From Ruminiclostridium sp. (GTDB lineage: Bacteria > Bacillota > Clostridia > Oscillospirales > Ruminococcaceae): a DNA stretch of 64,000 nucleotides. The translations under genes were made by a program, and so were the position numbers. The stretch is taken from positions 14,194 to 78,193 of the forward strand of contig JAZNML010000052.1 of the NCBI GenBank assembly GCA_045579565.1, given 5' to 3'. Of this stretch, positions 27,660-36,976 are shown in pieces (the stretch's first letter is position 1; the number at the start of each line of letters is the position of its first letter). Under the pieces are notes generated by a model. The model did no database searches and was not told where the DNA came from. It worked only from the letters and a program-made list of their open reading frames with translations.

Positions 27660-29801
27660 ATGAACATCATTGAACAGCTCGCAGGAGAGCTTAAAATCAG
27701 AACATCCCAGGCAGAAGCTGCTGTAAAGCTCATGGATGACGGAAACACTATCCCTTTTATTGCAAGATACCGTAAGGAAGCTACCGGCGGTCTTGATGAC
27801 CAGCTTTTACGTGAACTTTTTGAGCGTCTTACATATCTGCGTAACTTAGAAAAGCGTAAGGAAGAGGTTGCAGCAGCTATTGAAGGCTTAGAGCTCATGA
27901 CCGATGAAATCCGTGATATGCTTGCAAAAGCGGTAACTCTTGCGGAAGTCGAGGATATTTACAGACCCTTCAAGCCCAAGAAGAAAACAAGAGCCGGAAT
28001 TGCCAAGGAAAAAGGCTTACAGCCTCTTGCCGATTTCATTATGGAGCAGACCCTCAAAGACCCCTACGCAGAAGCAGAACAGTATGTTGATGAGGAAAAG
28101 AAGGTAATGTCCGTTGAAGAAGCTATTGCAGGCGCTTCGGATATTATTGCGGAAACCATCTCAGATGATACAAACCTCCGTAAATCCCTGGGCTCCTTCT
28201 ATGACAGAACCGCTCTTATCGTTTCAAAGCAGGCTAAGGAATCAGAAGAAAGCGTTTACGAAAATTACTACGATTACAGCGAAGGTGCTGCAAAAATCCC
28301 CACTCACCGTATCTTAGCCATTGACAGAGGTGAACGCGAGGAGGTTCTTAAAGTTACCGTTGAGGTTGACGAAGCTGATGCAATGAAGATTATCGAAAAG
28401 GCATTCGTAAAAGCAAAGAACACCAACGGCTCCCTTGTTAAAGCCGCTGCGGAAGACGCATACAAGCGACTTATCCACCCCTCTATCGAGCGCAGAGTGA
28501 GAAATGACCTTACTGAAAAAGCTTGCACAGCAGCTATCCACGTGTTCAGCGACAACCTCCGCCAACTCCTTATGCAGCCTCCCGTAAAGGGCACTGTTAC
28601 TCTCGGTCTTGACCCCGCTTACCGTACAGGCTGTAAGATTGCGGTTGTTGACGATACAGGCAAGGTGCTTGATACAACAGTAGTTTACCCCACTCCTCCC
28701 CAGAGCAAAATCGCAGAAGCAAAGGACAAGCTCAAAAAACTCATTGCTAAACACGGCGTTACCACTATCGCTATCGGTAACGGTACCGCAAGTCATGAAA
28801 GCGAATGCTTTGTTGCGGAAATGATAAAGGAAATTCCCACACCCGTAAGCTATATGGTAGTTTCCGAGGCAGGCGCTTCCGTTTACTCTGCAAGTAAGCT
28901 TGCTGCCGAAGAATTCCCCGAATATGACGTTTCTCTCAGAAGTGCGGTTTCTATTGCAAGAAGATTACAGGACCCTCTTGCTGAGCTTGTAAAGATAGAC
29001 CCCAAGGCTATCGGCGTAGGTCAGTATCAGCACGATATGCCCAAGAATCAGCTTTCCGACGCTCTCGGCGGCGTGGTTGAAGGCTGTGTAAACAGCGTTG
29101 GTGTTGATCTTAACACCGCTTCCTTCTCTCTTCTCAGCTATGTTGCAGGTGTAAACTCCGCAGTTGCTAAGAATATTGTTGCATACCGTGAAGAAAACGG
29201 CGCATTCACCGAAAGAAAAGAACTTCTCAAAGTCAGCAAGCTCGGTAAGAAAGCATACGAACAGTGCGCAGGCTTCTTACGTGTGCCCGACGGAAAGAAC
29301 CCTCTCGACAACACAGGCGTTCACCCTGAAAGCTATGACGCTGTAAAGGAACTTTTAAAGCTTTGCGATATTGATATCAAGAAGACAAAGGATTTCAGCG
29401 CTATTGACGAATACGTCAAGGCAAACGGCCTCAAAAAGACAGCGGAGGCTCTCGGTATCGGCGAACCCACCCTTGAAGATATTGTAAAGGAACTTATGAA
29501 GCCCGGCAGAGACCCCAGAGACGAACTCCCCAAGCCTCTTCTCAGAAGCGATGTAATGGATATGAACAGCCTTACAGAAGGCATGGAGCTTAAAGGCACT
29601 GTAAGAAACGTTATTGACTTCGGTGCATTCGTTGATATCGGCGTACACCAGGACGGTCTTGTGCACATTTCCGAGCTTTCCGACAAGTACGTAAAGCACC
29701 CTCTCGATGTTGTCAAGGTTGGCGACATTGTAAACGTAAGAGTACTTGGTGTTGACGTAAAGAAAAAGCGTATCTCCCTTACCATGAAAGGACTTAACTG
29801 A
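27660..29801 (+). CDS. tex: Tex-like transcription accessory protein (S1 RNA-binding)
   Basis: 713 aa. FIARYRKEATGGLDD N-terminus, YqgF-like region GLDPAYRTGCK, HhH region, C-terminal S1 domain GTVRNVIDFGAFVDIG. Confidence 0.9.
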   Translation: MNIIEQLAGELKIRTSQAEAAVKLMDDGNTIPFIARYRKEATGGLDDQLLRELFERLTYLRNLEKRKEEVAAAIEGLELMTDEIRDMLAKAVTLAEVEDIYRPFKPKKKTRAGIAKEKGLQPLADFIMEQTLKDPYAEAEQYVDEEKKVMSVEEAIAGASDIIAETISDDTNLRKSLGSFYDRTALIVSKQAKESEESVYENYYDYSEGAAKIPTHRILAIDRGEREEVLKVTVEVDEADAMKIIEKAFVKAKNTNGSLVKAAAEDAYKRLIHPSIERRVRNDLTEKACTAAIHVFSDNLRQLLMQPPVKGTVTLGLDPAYRTGCKIAVVDDTGKVLDTTVVYPTPPQSKIAEAKDKLKKLIAKHGVTTIAIGNGTASHESECFVAEMIKEIPTPVSYMVVSEAGASVYSASKLAAEEFPEYDVSLRSAVSIARRLQDPLAELVKIDPKAIGVGQYQHDMPKNQLSDALGGVVEGCVNSVGVDLNTASFSLLSYVAGVNSAVAKNIVAYREENGAFTERKELLKVSKLGKKAYEQCAGFLRVPDGKNPLDNTGVHPESYDAVKELLKLCDIDIKKTKDFSAIDEYVKANGLKKTAEALGIGEPTLEDIVKELMKPGRDPRDELPKPLLRSDVMDMNSLTEGMELKGTVRNVIDFGAFVDIGVHQDGLVHISELSDKYVKHPLDVVKVGDIVNVRVLGVDVKKKRISLTMKGLN

Positions 29802-30322
29802 TGACAGAATTCAGATATGAGAAAAAGAAGGAAAATATAAACGACTACCTCAAAACCGTAATGTTCAGAAACAATACCGCAAATAAAGCACTTATCATTT
29901 CTCTTGCGGTCTGCCTTTTCGTTGTGGCACTTGCGGGAATTATATACTGCGTAGTTACCAAAAGCTTAGGAATGATTGCTATAACAATTACAGCGGTTGT
30001 TCTTGCGCTGGTTTACCCCATTATTCTCACCGTGGTAATCAACCGCCTTACAACTAAGCTTTCAAACGGCGGCGATGAGACTAAGGGGGTTACCATAGGC
30101 GTTTCTGAAAGCTATATTCTCCTTATCAGAAACAACAACCCCTGCGGTAAAATCGAATGGTCTGATATTACCGAAATACATGAGGGAAAGACAGGATTTT
30201 TCCTTGTTGAAAAGGAAGGCTCCCTTATTATCTTAGGTAAGAATTCCGTGGAATCCGGCACCTACGAAGAGGCTGAACAGGTTATCAGAACCAAAAAGGC
30301 AGCTATGCCGAAGGAAGATTAA
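29801..30322 (+). CDS. YcxB-like membrane protein
   Basis: Two TM helices followed by a small PH-like C-terminal domain. Weak family call from architecture only. Confidence 0.5.
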   Translation: MTEFRYEKKKENINDYLKTVMFRNNTANKALIISLAVCLFVVALAGIIYCVVTKSLGMIAITITAVVLALVYPIILTVVINRLTTKLSNGGDETKGVTIGVSESYILLIRNNNPCGKIEWSDITEIHEGKTGFFLVEKEGSLIILGKNSVESGTYEEAEQVIRTKKAAMPKED

Positions 30323-30943
30323 ATGATAAACTATCAGAAAATACTTGATAAGACAATTGAACATCATGTAAGCAAGGGGGAGACACCCTCCCTTCTTCTT
30401 CACGCCTGCTGTGCACCCTGTTCAAGCTATGTCCTTGAATACCTGTCACAATTCTTTAAAATCACTCTGTTTTACTACAACCCCAACATCACAGAAGAAA
30501 ACGAGTACAGAAAACGCACCGAGGAAGCAAAACAACTTGTTTCCCGGATGCCCGTGAAGAACACTGTAACCTTTTTGGAGGGAAAGTACGATCCCGAAAG
30601 TTTTTTCGCTGTTGCTAAGGGGCTGGAAGATGTTCGAGAGGGCGGAGAAAGGTGTTTTAAGTGCTACCGTCTGAGAATTGCGGAAGCAGCGGATATTGCC
30701 AGAGAATACGGCTTTGACTATTTCACCACAACCCTTTCCATAAGTCCGCTGAAAAACGCTCAGAAGCTGAATGAAATCGGCGGTGAAGAAGCGGAAAGAA
30801 CAGGTGTTCAATATCTGTTTTCGGATTTCAAGAAAAAAGAAGGATACAAGCGTTCAATTCAGCTTTCAGCTGAATATGACCTTTACCGGCAGAATTACTG
30901 CGGATGCATTTATAGTAAAAGAGACGCTCACAATTACTTGTGA
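30323..30943 (+). CDS. queH: Epoxyqueuosine reductase QueH (DUF208)
   Basis: LLLHACCAPCSSY ... CFKCY ... YRQNYCGC cysteine pattern. Confidence 0.85.
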   Translation: MINYQKILDKTIEHHVSKGETPSLLLHACCAPCSSYVLEYLSQFFKITLFYYNPNITEENEYRKRTEEAKQLVSRMPVKNTVTFLEGKYDPESFFAVAKGLEDVREGGERCFKCYRLRIAEAADIAREYGFDYFTTTLSISPLKNAQKLNEIGGEEAERTGVQYLFSDFKKKEGYKRSIQLSAEYDLYRQNYCGCIYSKRDAHNYL

Positions 30944-30957
30944 GCGTCTCTTTTCTC
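30921..30957 (+). terminator. Intrinsic terminator overlapping the queH stop
   Basis: gagacgctcac-aattactt-gtgagcgtctc followed by ttttctc. Confidence 0.65.
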
Positions 30958-31075
30958 GTCTGCGTGTGTTTATCGATGTCTGATTCTTTGTCTGCGTGTG
31001 TTTATTGATGTCTGATTCTTTGTCTGCGTGTGTTTATCGATGTCTGATTCTTTGTCTGCGTGTGTTTATCGACAG
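30958..31075. repeat. Tandem array, 32-bp unit x ~3.6 (gtctgcgtgtgtttatcgatgtctgattcttt)
   Basis: Units at 30958, 30990, 31022 and 31054 (last one partial, ending ...gtttatcgacag). One C-to-T change in unit 2. The tctgcgtgtgtttatcga core is the same motif as the terminal repeats of the elements at 2681 and 8878. Confidence 0.9.
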
Positions 31076-31279
31076 CCGTGTGTATTTTTCGCAGAAAATA
31101 ATACGACTGTTTACTCTACGATTTTACAGAATATTCTGTCACAACCAATCATTTGCCGTAAAACACTGCCGTTTGCCGTTAAACGCCGTCACAATCCCGC
31201 GTTTTATCCCGTTTTATTCTGCTGGAAATACCGTATACCTCGTGTTATACTTGAAAAAAAGCGAAAGGAACGGTAAAAT

Positions 31280-32095
31280 ATGGCACTCTTTCAGAAAACC
31301 GCAGGAAATACACAAAACAATACAGTAAACAGGGTTGTGGAAATTCCCATAAGCTCCATCTCTCCGAATCCCGCACAGCCCAGGGTTATTTTTGATGACT
31401 ATGACTTATCGCGACTTGCGGTAAGTATTCAGCAGAACGGAATCTTACAGCCTCTTACAGTACGCAGACTTGAAAACGGGATAACCTATGAGCTTATCGC
31501 AGGAGAACGCAGATTAAGAGCCTGTAAGCTCCTGAATATGACCTATGTACCCTGCATTATAATCGAGACTACCACCAAGGACAGCGCAGTGCTTGCAGTA
31601 CTGGAAAATTTACAGCGGGCAGAACTGAGCTTTATGGAAGAAGCTTATGCTATACGGAATCTTATTGACTACTACGGACTTACCCAGGAGGAAACCGCCG
31701 CAAGACTGGGGGTTGCGCAATCTACTATTGCAAACAAGCTGAGACTCCTGAAACTCAGTGATGATGAAAAGGCCATGGTTGTGAAATACAAGCTCAATGA
31801 ACGACAGGCAAGAGCACTTCTGAAACTGGGTTCGGACAAGCGGAAATCCGCCATAGATTACATTGCCGCAAATCAGCTGAATACAGTTCAGACCGACCGT
31901 TATATTGATGAGCTTGTGCTGGACAAACCGAAGCAGGTAGTAAAAAAACGCTGGAATTTCAAGGCGGTAAACCTTTATATAAATACCTTCAACAAGACCA
32001 TTGACGCCATGAAGGAAGCAGGTATAAACTGCGAGGCACAGAAGAACAAGACCGATGAGTTTATGGAATATGTTGTTAAAATTCCTCTGAGATAA
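31280..32095 (+). CDS. noc: ParB-family protein, Noc (nucleoid occlusion)-like
   Basis: ISPNPAQPR, LIAGERRLRACK, HTH LTQEETAARLGVAQSTIANKLRLL. C-terminal FNKTIDAMKEAGI...EYVVKIPL resembles the Noc-type tail. The Noc versus Spo0J assignment is tentative. Confidence 0.75.
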   Translation: MALFQKTAGNTQNNTVNRVVEIPISSISPNPAQPRVIFDDYDLSRLAVSIQQNGILQPLTVRRLENGITYELIAGERRLRACKLLNMTYVPCIIIETTTKDSAVLAVLENLQRAELSFMEEAYAIRNLIDYYGLTQEETAARLGVAQSTIANKLRLLKLSDDEKAMVVKYKLNERQARALLKLGSDKRKSAIDYIAANQLNTVQTDRYIDELVLDKPKQVVKKRWNFKAVNLYINTFNKTIDAMKEAGINCEAQKNKTDEFMEYVVKIPLR

Positions 32096-32100
32096 GAAAC

Positions 32101-32131
32101 AAAAAAATGCACCCTTACGGGTGCATTTTTT
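32101..32131. terminator. Bidirectional intrinsic terminator
   Basis: aaaaaaa-tgcaccc-ttac-gggtgca-tttttt between convergent genes. Confidence 0.7.
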
Positions 32132-32132
32132 A

Positions 32133-33113
32133 TCAGTTGTTTGTCGCTGCCGCTGTTGATGCAGCTGATGCCGCTATAATAGCACACATTGCCGCCTGCT
32201 GTGCCGCAACCATGGCAAGTGTAGTTGTAACCGCTGCTGTTTCGCCCACCGATGATGAATGGCTGTTCATTACCAGCATAGAGGCATGCATAATTCTTGT
32301 TTTCTTGTCATAGCCGAAGAAACCGTAGCCCTCCTGCTCAGATAAGAATTTATCCGCTTCTATTATCTCATCTGCCATGGTGTCAATATCCATAGGCAAT
32401 AAGGACAATGCCGCAAGTACAGATAATTCATAATATTTGCTGTACTTTCTGCCTCGGCTTTCTATTGCGCTGATAAGATCCTTGAATTTCTGAACTCTTG
32501 CTTCCTTGTCGCCGTCTTCCATTGCGAAAATATGAGAAATGCTCTGGATAGCATTTCCTTCATAGCTGAGCTTTTTCATGGAAGTATAATATTCCTCCAT
32601 ATCCTCAATAAGCTCTTCGTCGCTCTTTTCCGAGAAAGCGAAAAGCAATGCAAAAGGACTGTCCTCACCGCCTGTAAGGAAGGGGTGCTTCTTGGACATA
32701 AGCTTATAGATACGCTTTCCTCTTTCGCCTAATGCGTTAATCTCGGATACAGTTGTCATATCCGCAAGAATCACCGATATGTAAGCAAGATAACCCGAAT
32801 TACCGAAATACTTTTTGAGTATGTTATATATTTCAATAACCTCAGAAAACTTTTCCTCTGTGTTTTCCGCTGATGCAAGCTTTACCGCAGCAGGCATTCT
32901 GGCATTTCCCGCAAAGCCCGAGAAAACGCCTGTATTCTTCTCAATAATAGTCTTGCTGAGCTTTAACTTTTCTGCATCTGCTTTTCCGTTAAGAATAAGT
33001 GCGCCAATGGGAAGAATGTAATAATTCTCCCACTTGAAAACAGATTTTATCATATCACGGTCTGCTATAAATTGTTCACAGACTGCCTTTAATTTCTCAT
33101 TCATTTCATTCAC
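32133..33113 (-). CDS. Hypothetical protein (possibly DUF4003-like)
   Basis: 326-aa intact ORF, 8-nt overlap with the upstream gene, Ala/Thr-rich hydrophobic C-terminus. The family guess is weak. Confidence 0.45.
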   Translation of the reverse strand: MNEMNEKLKAVCEQFIADRDMIKSVFKWENYYILPIGALILNGKADAEKLKLSKTIIEKNTGVFSGFAGNARMPAAVKLASAENTEEKFSEVIEIYNILKKYFGNSGYLAYISVILADMTTVSEINALGERGKRIYKLMSKKHPFLTGGEDSPFALLFAFSEKSDEELIEDMEEYYTSMKKLSYEGNAIQSISHIFAMEDGDKEARVQKFKDLISAIESRGRKYSKYYELSVLAALSLLPMDIDTMADEIIEADKFLSEQEGYGFFGYDKKTRIMHASMLVMNSHSSSVGETAAVTTTLAMVAAQQAAMCAIIAASAASTAAATNN

Positions 33114-33705
33114 CCTGCTTGGCCTTTACGTAATCAACGATAATCTTTACAGCGTTATCGATACCGATATCCGAATTTACCGAAAGGTCATAGCTCTGCG
33201 CTTTTCCCCAGCTGTCGTCTGCAAAATAATTGTAGTACGCAACTCTGCTCTTATCCTTTTTCTTTACGTGGCCGATATAGTTGTCAGCCTGCTCGCCGTA
33301 TTCGGTCTTTACACGCTCGGCACGGCTTTCAATGGGTGCATGGATAAAGATGTTTATAACATCCTCCTTACCGCGAAGGACATAATCTGCGCATCTTCCT
33401 ACAACAACACAGCTTTCCTTGGAATGTAAATCCTTGATAACTCTGGACTGTGCAATAAAAATCATATCGGAAGCAGGGAGAATCTGGCTGCCCATATACA
33501 GATGATATAAAAGGCTCTGGGTCTTTTTCTGGTCATTCTGGCGGACAAATTCCTCAGTATAACCGCTTTCCTTTGCAACAAGGGATAAAAGCTCACCGTC
33601 ATAGAAGCTGATGCCTAAGGCTTCGGCAAGCTTTTTTCCGATTATTCTTCCGCCTGAGCCGTACTCTCTGGAAATTGTGATAACTGTCTTTTTCATAAGA
33701 ATCAA
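33106..33705 (-). CDS. Cytidylate kinase-like family protein (P-loop)
   Basis: ITISREYGSGGRIIGKKLAEALG N-terminus typical of the cytidylate-kinase-like family. Confidence 0.75.
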   Translation of the reverse strand: MILMKKTVITISREYGSGGRIIGKKLAEALGISFYDGELLSLVAKESGYTEEFVRQNDQKKTQSLLYHLYMGSQILPASDMIFIAQSRVIKDLHSKESCVVVGRCADYVLRGKEDVINIFIHAPIESRAERVKTEYGEQADNYIGHVKKKDKSRVAYYNYFADDSWGKAQSYDLSVNSDIGIDNAVKIIVDYVKAKQGE

Positions 33706-34328
33706 TCCTTTCCGATTGTATAGTAAACCGCAAGAACACCGTCTTTGACAGATATTTCAGCGGTTTTTTCCGTAAATTCATTGCTCACTCCCAAGGGGAA
33801 TGATGCGGTAAGCGTATGGTTTTCAAGCTCGTATCTGAGATTTTTCAGGCATACACCCTCGGAAACATCCGTAAGGGAAAACACCGAAACATAATCCCCT
33901 TTTCTGCCGGGCAGGGTAATTTTTCCGTTTCTTACAGCTGTGAGCACAAAGCCATCACCGTAAAAATAAAGGGTAACATCCTTTTCGGCAAAGTAACGGA
34001 GCAACTGAAAGTTCGCAAGAGTGTGGTCAAGTCTTCCTCCTGTACCGCCGTAGATGTGAAAGATTCTGCAACCCTTTTCAATACCCAGATTTACAGCGCT
34101 GAACATATCGGTGACATCCTTTTCCGAAGGGAGTACAGTTACATTCTCGCCCTCAGGCACAATCCCCAGGGAATCAAAGTCGCCCACTATATAATCAGGT
34201 TTAATTCCGGCTTCGCTCAGTACCTTATACCCTCCGTCAACGGCAATCACCGTATCATCGGGAAAGATGTCACTGATAAATCCGAAAAAATCGCCTGCGC
34301 CTATAAGATGACAAACCTTACTTTTCAT
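33702..34328 (-). CDS. thiN: Thiamine diphosphokinase
   Basis: 208 aa. VGDFDS, KDVTDM, GGTGGRLDH motifs and a C-terminal thiamine-binding beta domain. Confidence 0.8.
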   Translation of the reverse strand: MKSKVCHLIGAGDFFGFISDIFPDDTVIAVDGGYKVLSEAGIKPDYIVGDFDSLGIVPEGENVTVLPSEKDVTDMFSAVNLGIEKGCRIFHIYGGTGGRLDHTLANFQLLRYFAEKDVTLYFYGDGFVLTAVRNGKITLPGRKGDYVSVFSLTDVSEGVCLKNLRYELENHTLTASFPLGVSNEFTEKTAEISVKDGVLAVYYTIGKD

Positions 34329-34413
34329 ACAATTACCTCGCTACCTAAATTATACTCCGTTTTTTGAAATTTGTCAACAATTTCCTTGCCGAAAACAATA
34401 TCATTTTTGGATA

Positions 34414-35052
34414 TTATGACAAGATATAGCGTACATCCTTTTCACTTACAGTTATAATTTCAATATCATCAACAGGCTCATTACCGCAGACAGAAAGAAA
34501 GAAATCATTGTTTTCGAGAACAATATCCTTCTCTTTCAGAATACCCTTTTCGGTAAGCTCCGAGGTTTCAATAGTATCAAAGCCCTCTGCAAAGCCTTTT
34601 CCCGTAAGCTTTCCATAGCTTTCCTTCATACACCACAGACGGCAGGTTGAAAATGACGGACCGCCGTTGTCTCCGCTGTAAATCTCCAAAATCTCCTTTT
34701 TGGTACAGATTTTACAGGATATGTTATCTTTCATAGGGCGGAAATCCTGTAAATCAATACCGATTTCAAAGTCGCTTACCACACAGGCGGAGTAACCTCC
34801 CGCATGACTGAGGCTGAAAAATATATGAGGAATATTTTCAAGATACGGTTTTTCACGTTCACCATATTTAAAAACAGGTGCTTCGGTAATGCCGTATTCC
34901 ATAAAAACAGCATAGCGTAAAAGCGCATAGGCACAGATTTTTTCTTCCTTAACCTTTTCGCTGGTTATGTCATTGATTTTTTCAAGTCTCTGCTCCGACA
35001 TAAACGGGAGAAGATTTTCAGAGTTTTCGTTTTTCAGAATATATATATTCAT
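34414..35052 (-). CDS. 4-prime-phosphopantetheinyl transferase (Sfp type)
   Basis: FSLSHAGGY, IGIDLQ, W.MKESYGKLTGKG motifs. Confidence 0.8.
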   Translation of the reverse strand: MNIYILKNENSENLLPFMSEQRLEKINDITSEKVKEEKICAYALLRYAVFMEYGITEAPVFKYGEREKPYLENIPHIFFSLSHAGGYSACVVSDFEIGIDLQDFRPMKDNISCKICTKKEILEIYSGDNGGPSFSTCRLWCMKESYGKLTGKGFAEGFDTIETSELTEKGILKEKDIVLENNDFFLSVCGNEPVDDIEIITVSEKDVRYILS

Positions 35053-35096
35053 AGCTCACCTTATAAATCAAGGGCGAACAATGTCCGCCCTTTTTA

Positions 35097-36173
35097 TCAT
35101 AATAAAATTCTTGTATCACAGTATTCACATTCAAGCACATCTCCTGCACGGCGGAAGCTGTGGGGAAGATACGGCTCGGTATGACAGATACATTTGGGGT
35201 TGGTGCAGGTCACATCGCTGATAACCTCGCCCCTTAAAACAGGCTTGCACTTCATCTTGTAATCAAGCATGGACAGAATAAGCGCCATACGTACATACAT
35301 ACCGTAATTTGCCTGCTTGAAATATAATGCTCTGGGATCGTCGTCAACCTCAACCGCAATTTCATCAACTCTGGGAAGGGGATGAAGCACTATAAGGTCC
35401 TTGCGTGCAAGCTTCATTTTCTCCTTATCGAGACAATAAACATCCTTCTGCGCTTCGTATTCCTCAGGTGATGCGAAACGCTCACGCTGGATTCGGGTCA
35501 TGTAGAGTACATCAAGCATAGGGATTGCTTCTTCAAGGGTCTTATATTCAACATAAGTCTTACCGCTGGCGGAAATATAATCCTTTATATATGTGGGAAC
35601 TTTAAGCTCGTCTGTCGAAACAAGAATAAACTTATTTCCTTCGTAACAGGATAATGCTTTTAAGAGAGAGTGTACCGTTCTGCCGTTTTTTAGGTCACCG
35701 CAGAAGCCTACTGTAAGACCGGTAAGTCTGCCCTTTTCCTCATTGAGTGTGAGAAGGTCGGTAAGCGTCTGTGTGGGGTGGAGATGTCCGCCGTCACCTG
35801 CATTTATAACAGGACAGTCTGCGGAAATTGCCGCTGCCTTTGAGGAGCCTTCAAGCGGGTGGCGCATTACTAAAATATCAGAATAACCGCTTACGATTTT
35901 TGTGGTATCCTTTAAATTCTCACCCTTTGCAACAGAGGATGTGGAGGGATTATCAAAGCCGATAATACCTCCGCCGAGACGAAGCATTGCTGTCTGGAAG
36001 CTCATCTGTGTTCGGGTGGAGGGTTCATAGAAAAGAGTTCCCATTATTTTACCGCGGCAGGCACCTGCATAAACCATAGGTGCTTCCATAATGTCATGGG
36101 CAAGCTTTATGATAGAATTCCACTGGGAAACAGTTACGTCATTAAGGTCTATAAGATGTGTGGGACAGTTCAT
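35097..36173 (-). CDS. pyrB: Aspartate carbamoyltransferase catalytic chain fused to a PyrI-type zinc domain
   Basis: PyrB motifs EPSTRTQ, HPTQ, HPLPR and MALILSML within about 300 aa. Then a ~55-aa extension, VTCTNPKCICHTEPYLPHSF...LECEYCD, matching the CxNxxCIxHxEP...CxYC pattern of the regulatory-chain Zn domain. Confidence 0.85.
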   Translation of the reverse strand: MNCPTHLIDLNDVTVSQWNSIIKLAHDIMEAPMVYAGACRGKIMGTLFYEPSTRTQMSFQTAMLRLGGGIIGFDNPSTSSVAKGENLKDTTKIVSGYSDILVMRHPLEGSSKAAAISADCPVINAGDGGHLHPTQTLTDLLTLNEEKGRLTGLTVGFCGDLKNGRTVHSLLKALSCYEGNKFILVSTDELKVPTYIKDYISASGKTYVEYKTLEEAIPMLDVLYMTRIQRERFASPEEYEAQKDVYCLDKEKMKLARKDLIVLHPLPRVDEIAVEVDDDPRALYFKQANYGMYVRMALILSMLDYKMKCKPVLRGEVISDVTCTNPKCICHTEPYLPHSFRRAGDVLECEYCDTRILL

Positions 36174-36209
36174 TTTTGACTATTCCTTTCTTTTTTGATT
36201 CCGCTATAA

Positions 36210-36238
36210 ATTATATCATTCACCGCCCCTGTTGTCAA
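36210..36238 (-). promoter_or_regulatory. Consensus sigma-70 promoter of pyrB
   Basis: Reverse strand reads TTGACA-17 nt-TATAAT (ttgacaacaggggcggtgaatgatataat). The leader is only about 30 nt. Confidence 0.55.
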
Positions 36239-36331
36239 TGTTATTTTCAAGTTTTTATAGTATTAGTATTGCAAAAAACGTTTCCTTGTGCTATTATATT
36301 TATAGAATATCACAAATACGGAGGATGCGAA

Positions 36332-36940
36332 ATGAAACAGAAAAACTATTCCGCTATAATTGAGGATTCCATGTCCGAAACAAAAGCAATTTATATGTTT
36401 ATGGCAATTATCGAGCTTGTTTTCGGTGCTTTTCTCGTTATTTACCCTGATATCAGTGCGCAGATTCTTACCATTATCTTAGGCGCAATTCTTGCGGGCG
36501 TCGGCGTTTTCAACATCATTTCATACTTTATGAATAAGAATTCCTCCTTCCGCCAGGGTATCCTTTCAGGTGTTATCTCCACCGCTCTGGGTATTGCTTT
36601 TATCGCTCAGGCGGAGACTATTACAAACGTAACCTCCATTATCCTCGGTGTGTTTGTAATCTTTGAGGCACTCACCTCCTGCAAGCGTTCAATTATCATG
36701 TTCAGACTGGATTTTTCAAAATGGTTTATTCCCCTGATTATTTCGGTCGTGGCTGCGGTACTGGGTGTGCTTCTCCTTATCTTCCCCACCTTCTTCGGTG
36801 AAGCGATTATGATTATCGTGGGTATTGCCCTTATAATCGAAGCGGTTATGGGTATCTGGGCAATCATCTTTATTATGAGACTGCGCAGAAAGTTTGAAGA
36901 TATGATGGATAACGACGAAAAGGCAATCGTAGTTAAGTAA
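36332..36940 (+). CDS. DUF308/HdeD-like membrane protein
   Basis: Six predicted TM helices with repeated G/A-rich helix pattern. Start set at ATG 36332 (RBS ggagga). The upstream part of track ORF 36158 overlaps the pyrB start and promoter. Confidence 0.6.
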   Translation: MKQKNYSAIIEDSMSETKAIYMFMAIIELVFGAFLVIYPDISAQILTIILGAILAGVGVFNIISYFMNKNSSFRQGILSGVISTALGIAFIAQAETITNVTSIILGVFVIFEALTSCKRSIIMFRLDFSKWFIPLIISVVAAVLGVLLLIFPTFFGEAIMIIVGIALIIEAVMGIWAIIFIMRLRRKFEDMMDNDEKAIVVK

Positions 36941-36944
36941 TAAA

Positions 36945-36976
36945 AAGAAATGCGGTGCATAAGCACCGCATTTCTT
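36945..36976. terminator. Bidirectional intrinsic terminator
   Basis: aagaaatgcggtgc-ataa-gcaccgcatttctt between convergent genes. Confidence 0.7.

Noticed and set aside
30958-31075. Possible CRISPR array.
   Set aside because: The units are directly contiguous 32-mers with no unique spacers, and there are no cas genes. It is a plain tandem repeat. Track ORFs 30996-31328 and 31028-31276 only translate the repeat.
31080-31279. parS or Noc-binding site near the ParB-family gene.
   Set aside because: No match to TGTTNCACGTGAAACA or ATTTCCCGGGAAAT was seen in the leader, the array or the gene.
36174-36210. PyrR-type transcription attenuator upstream of pyrB.
   Set aside because: The predicted leader is only ~30 nt and has no terminator/antiterminator hairpins.
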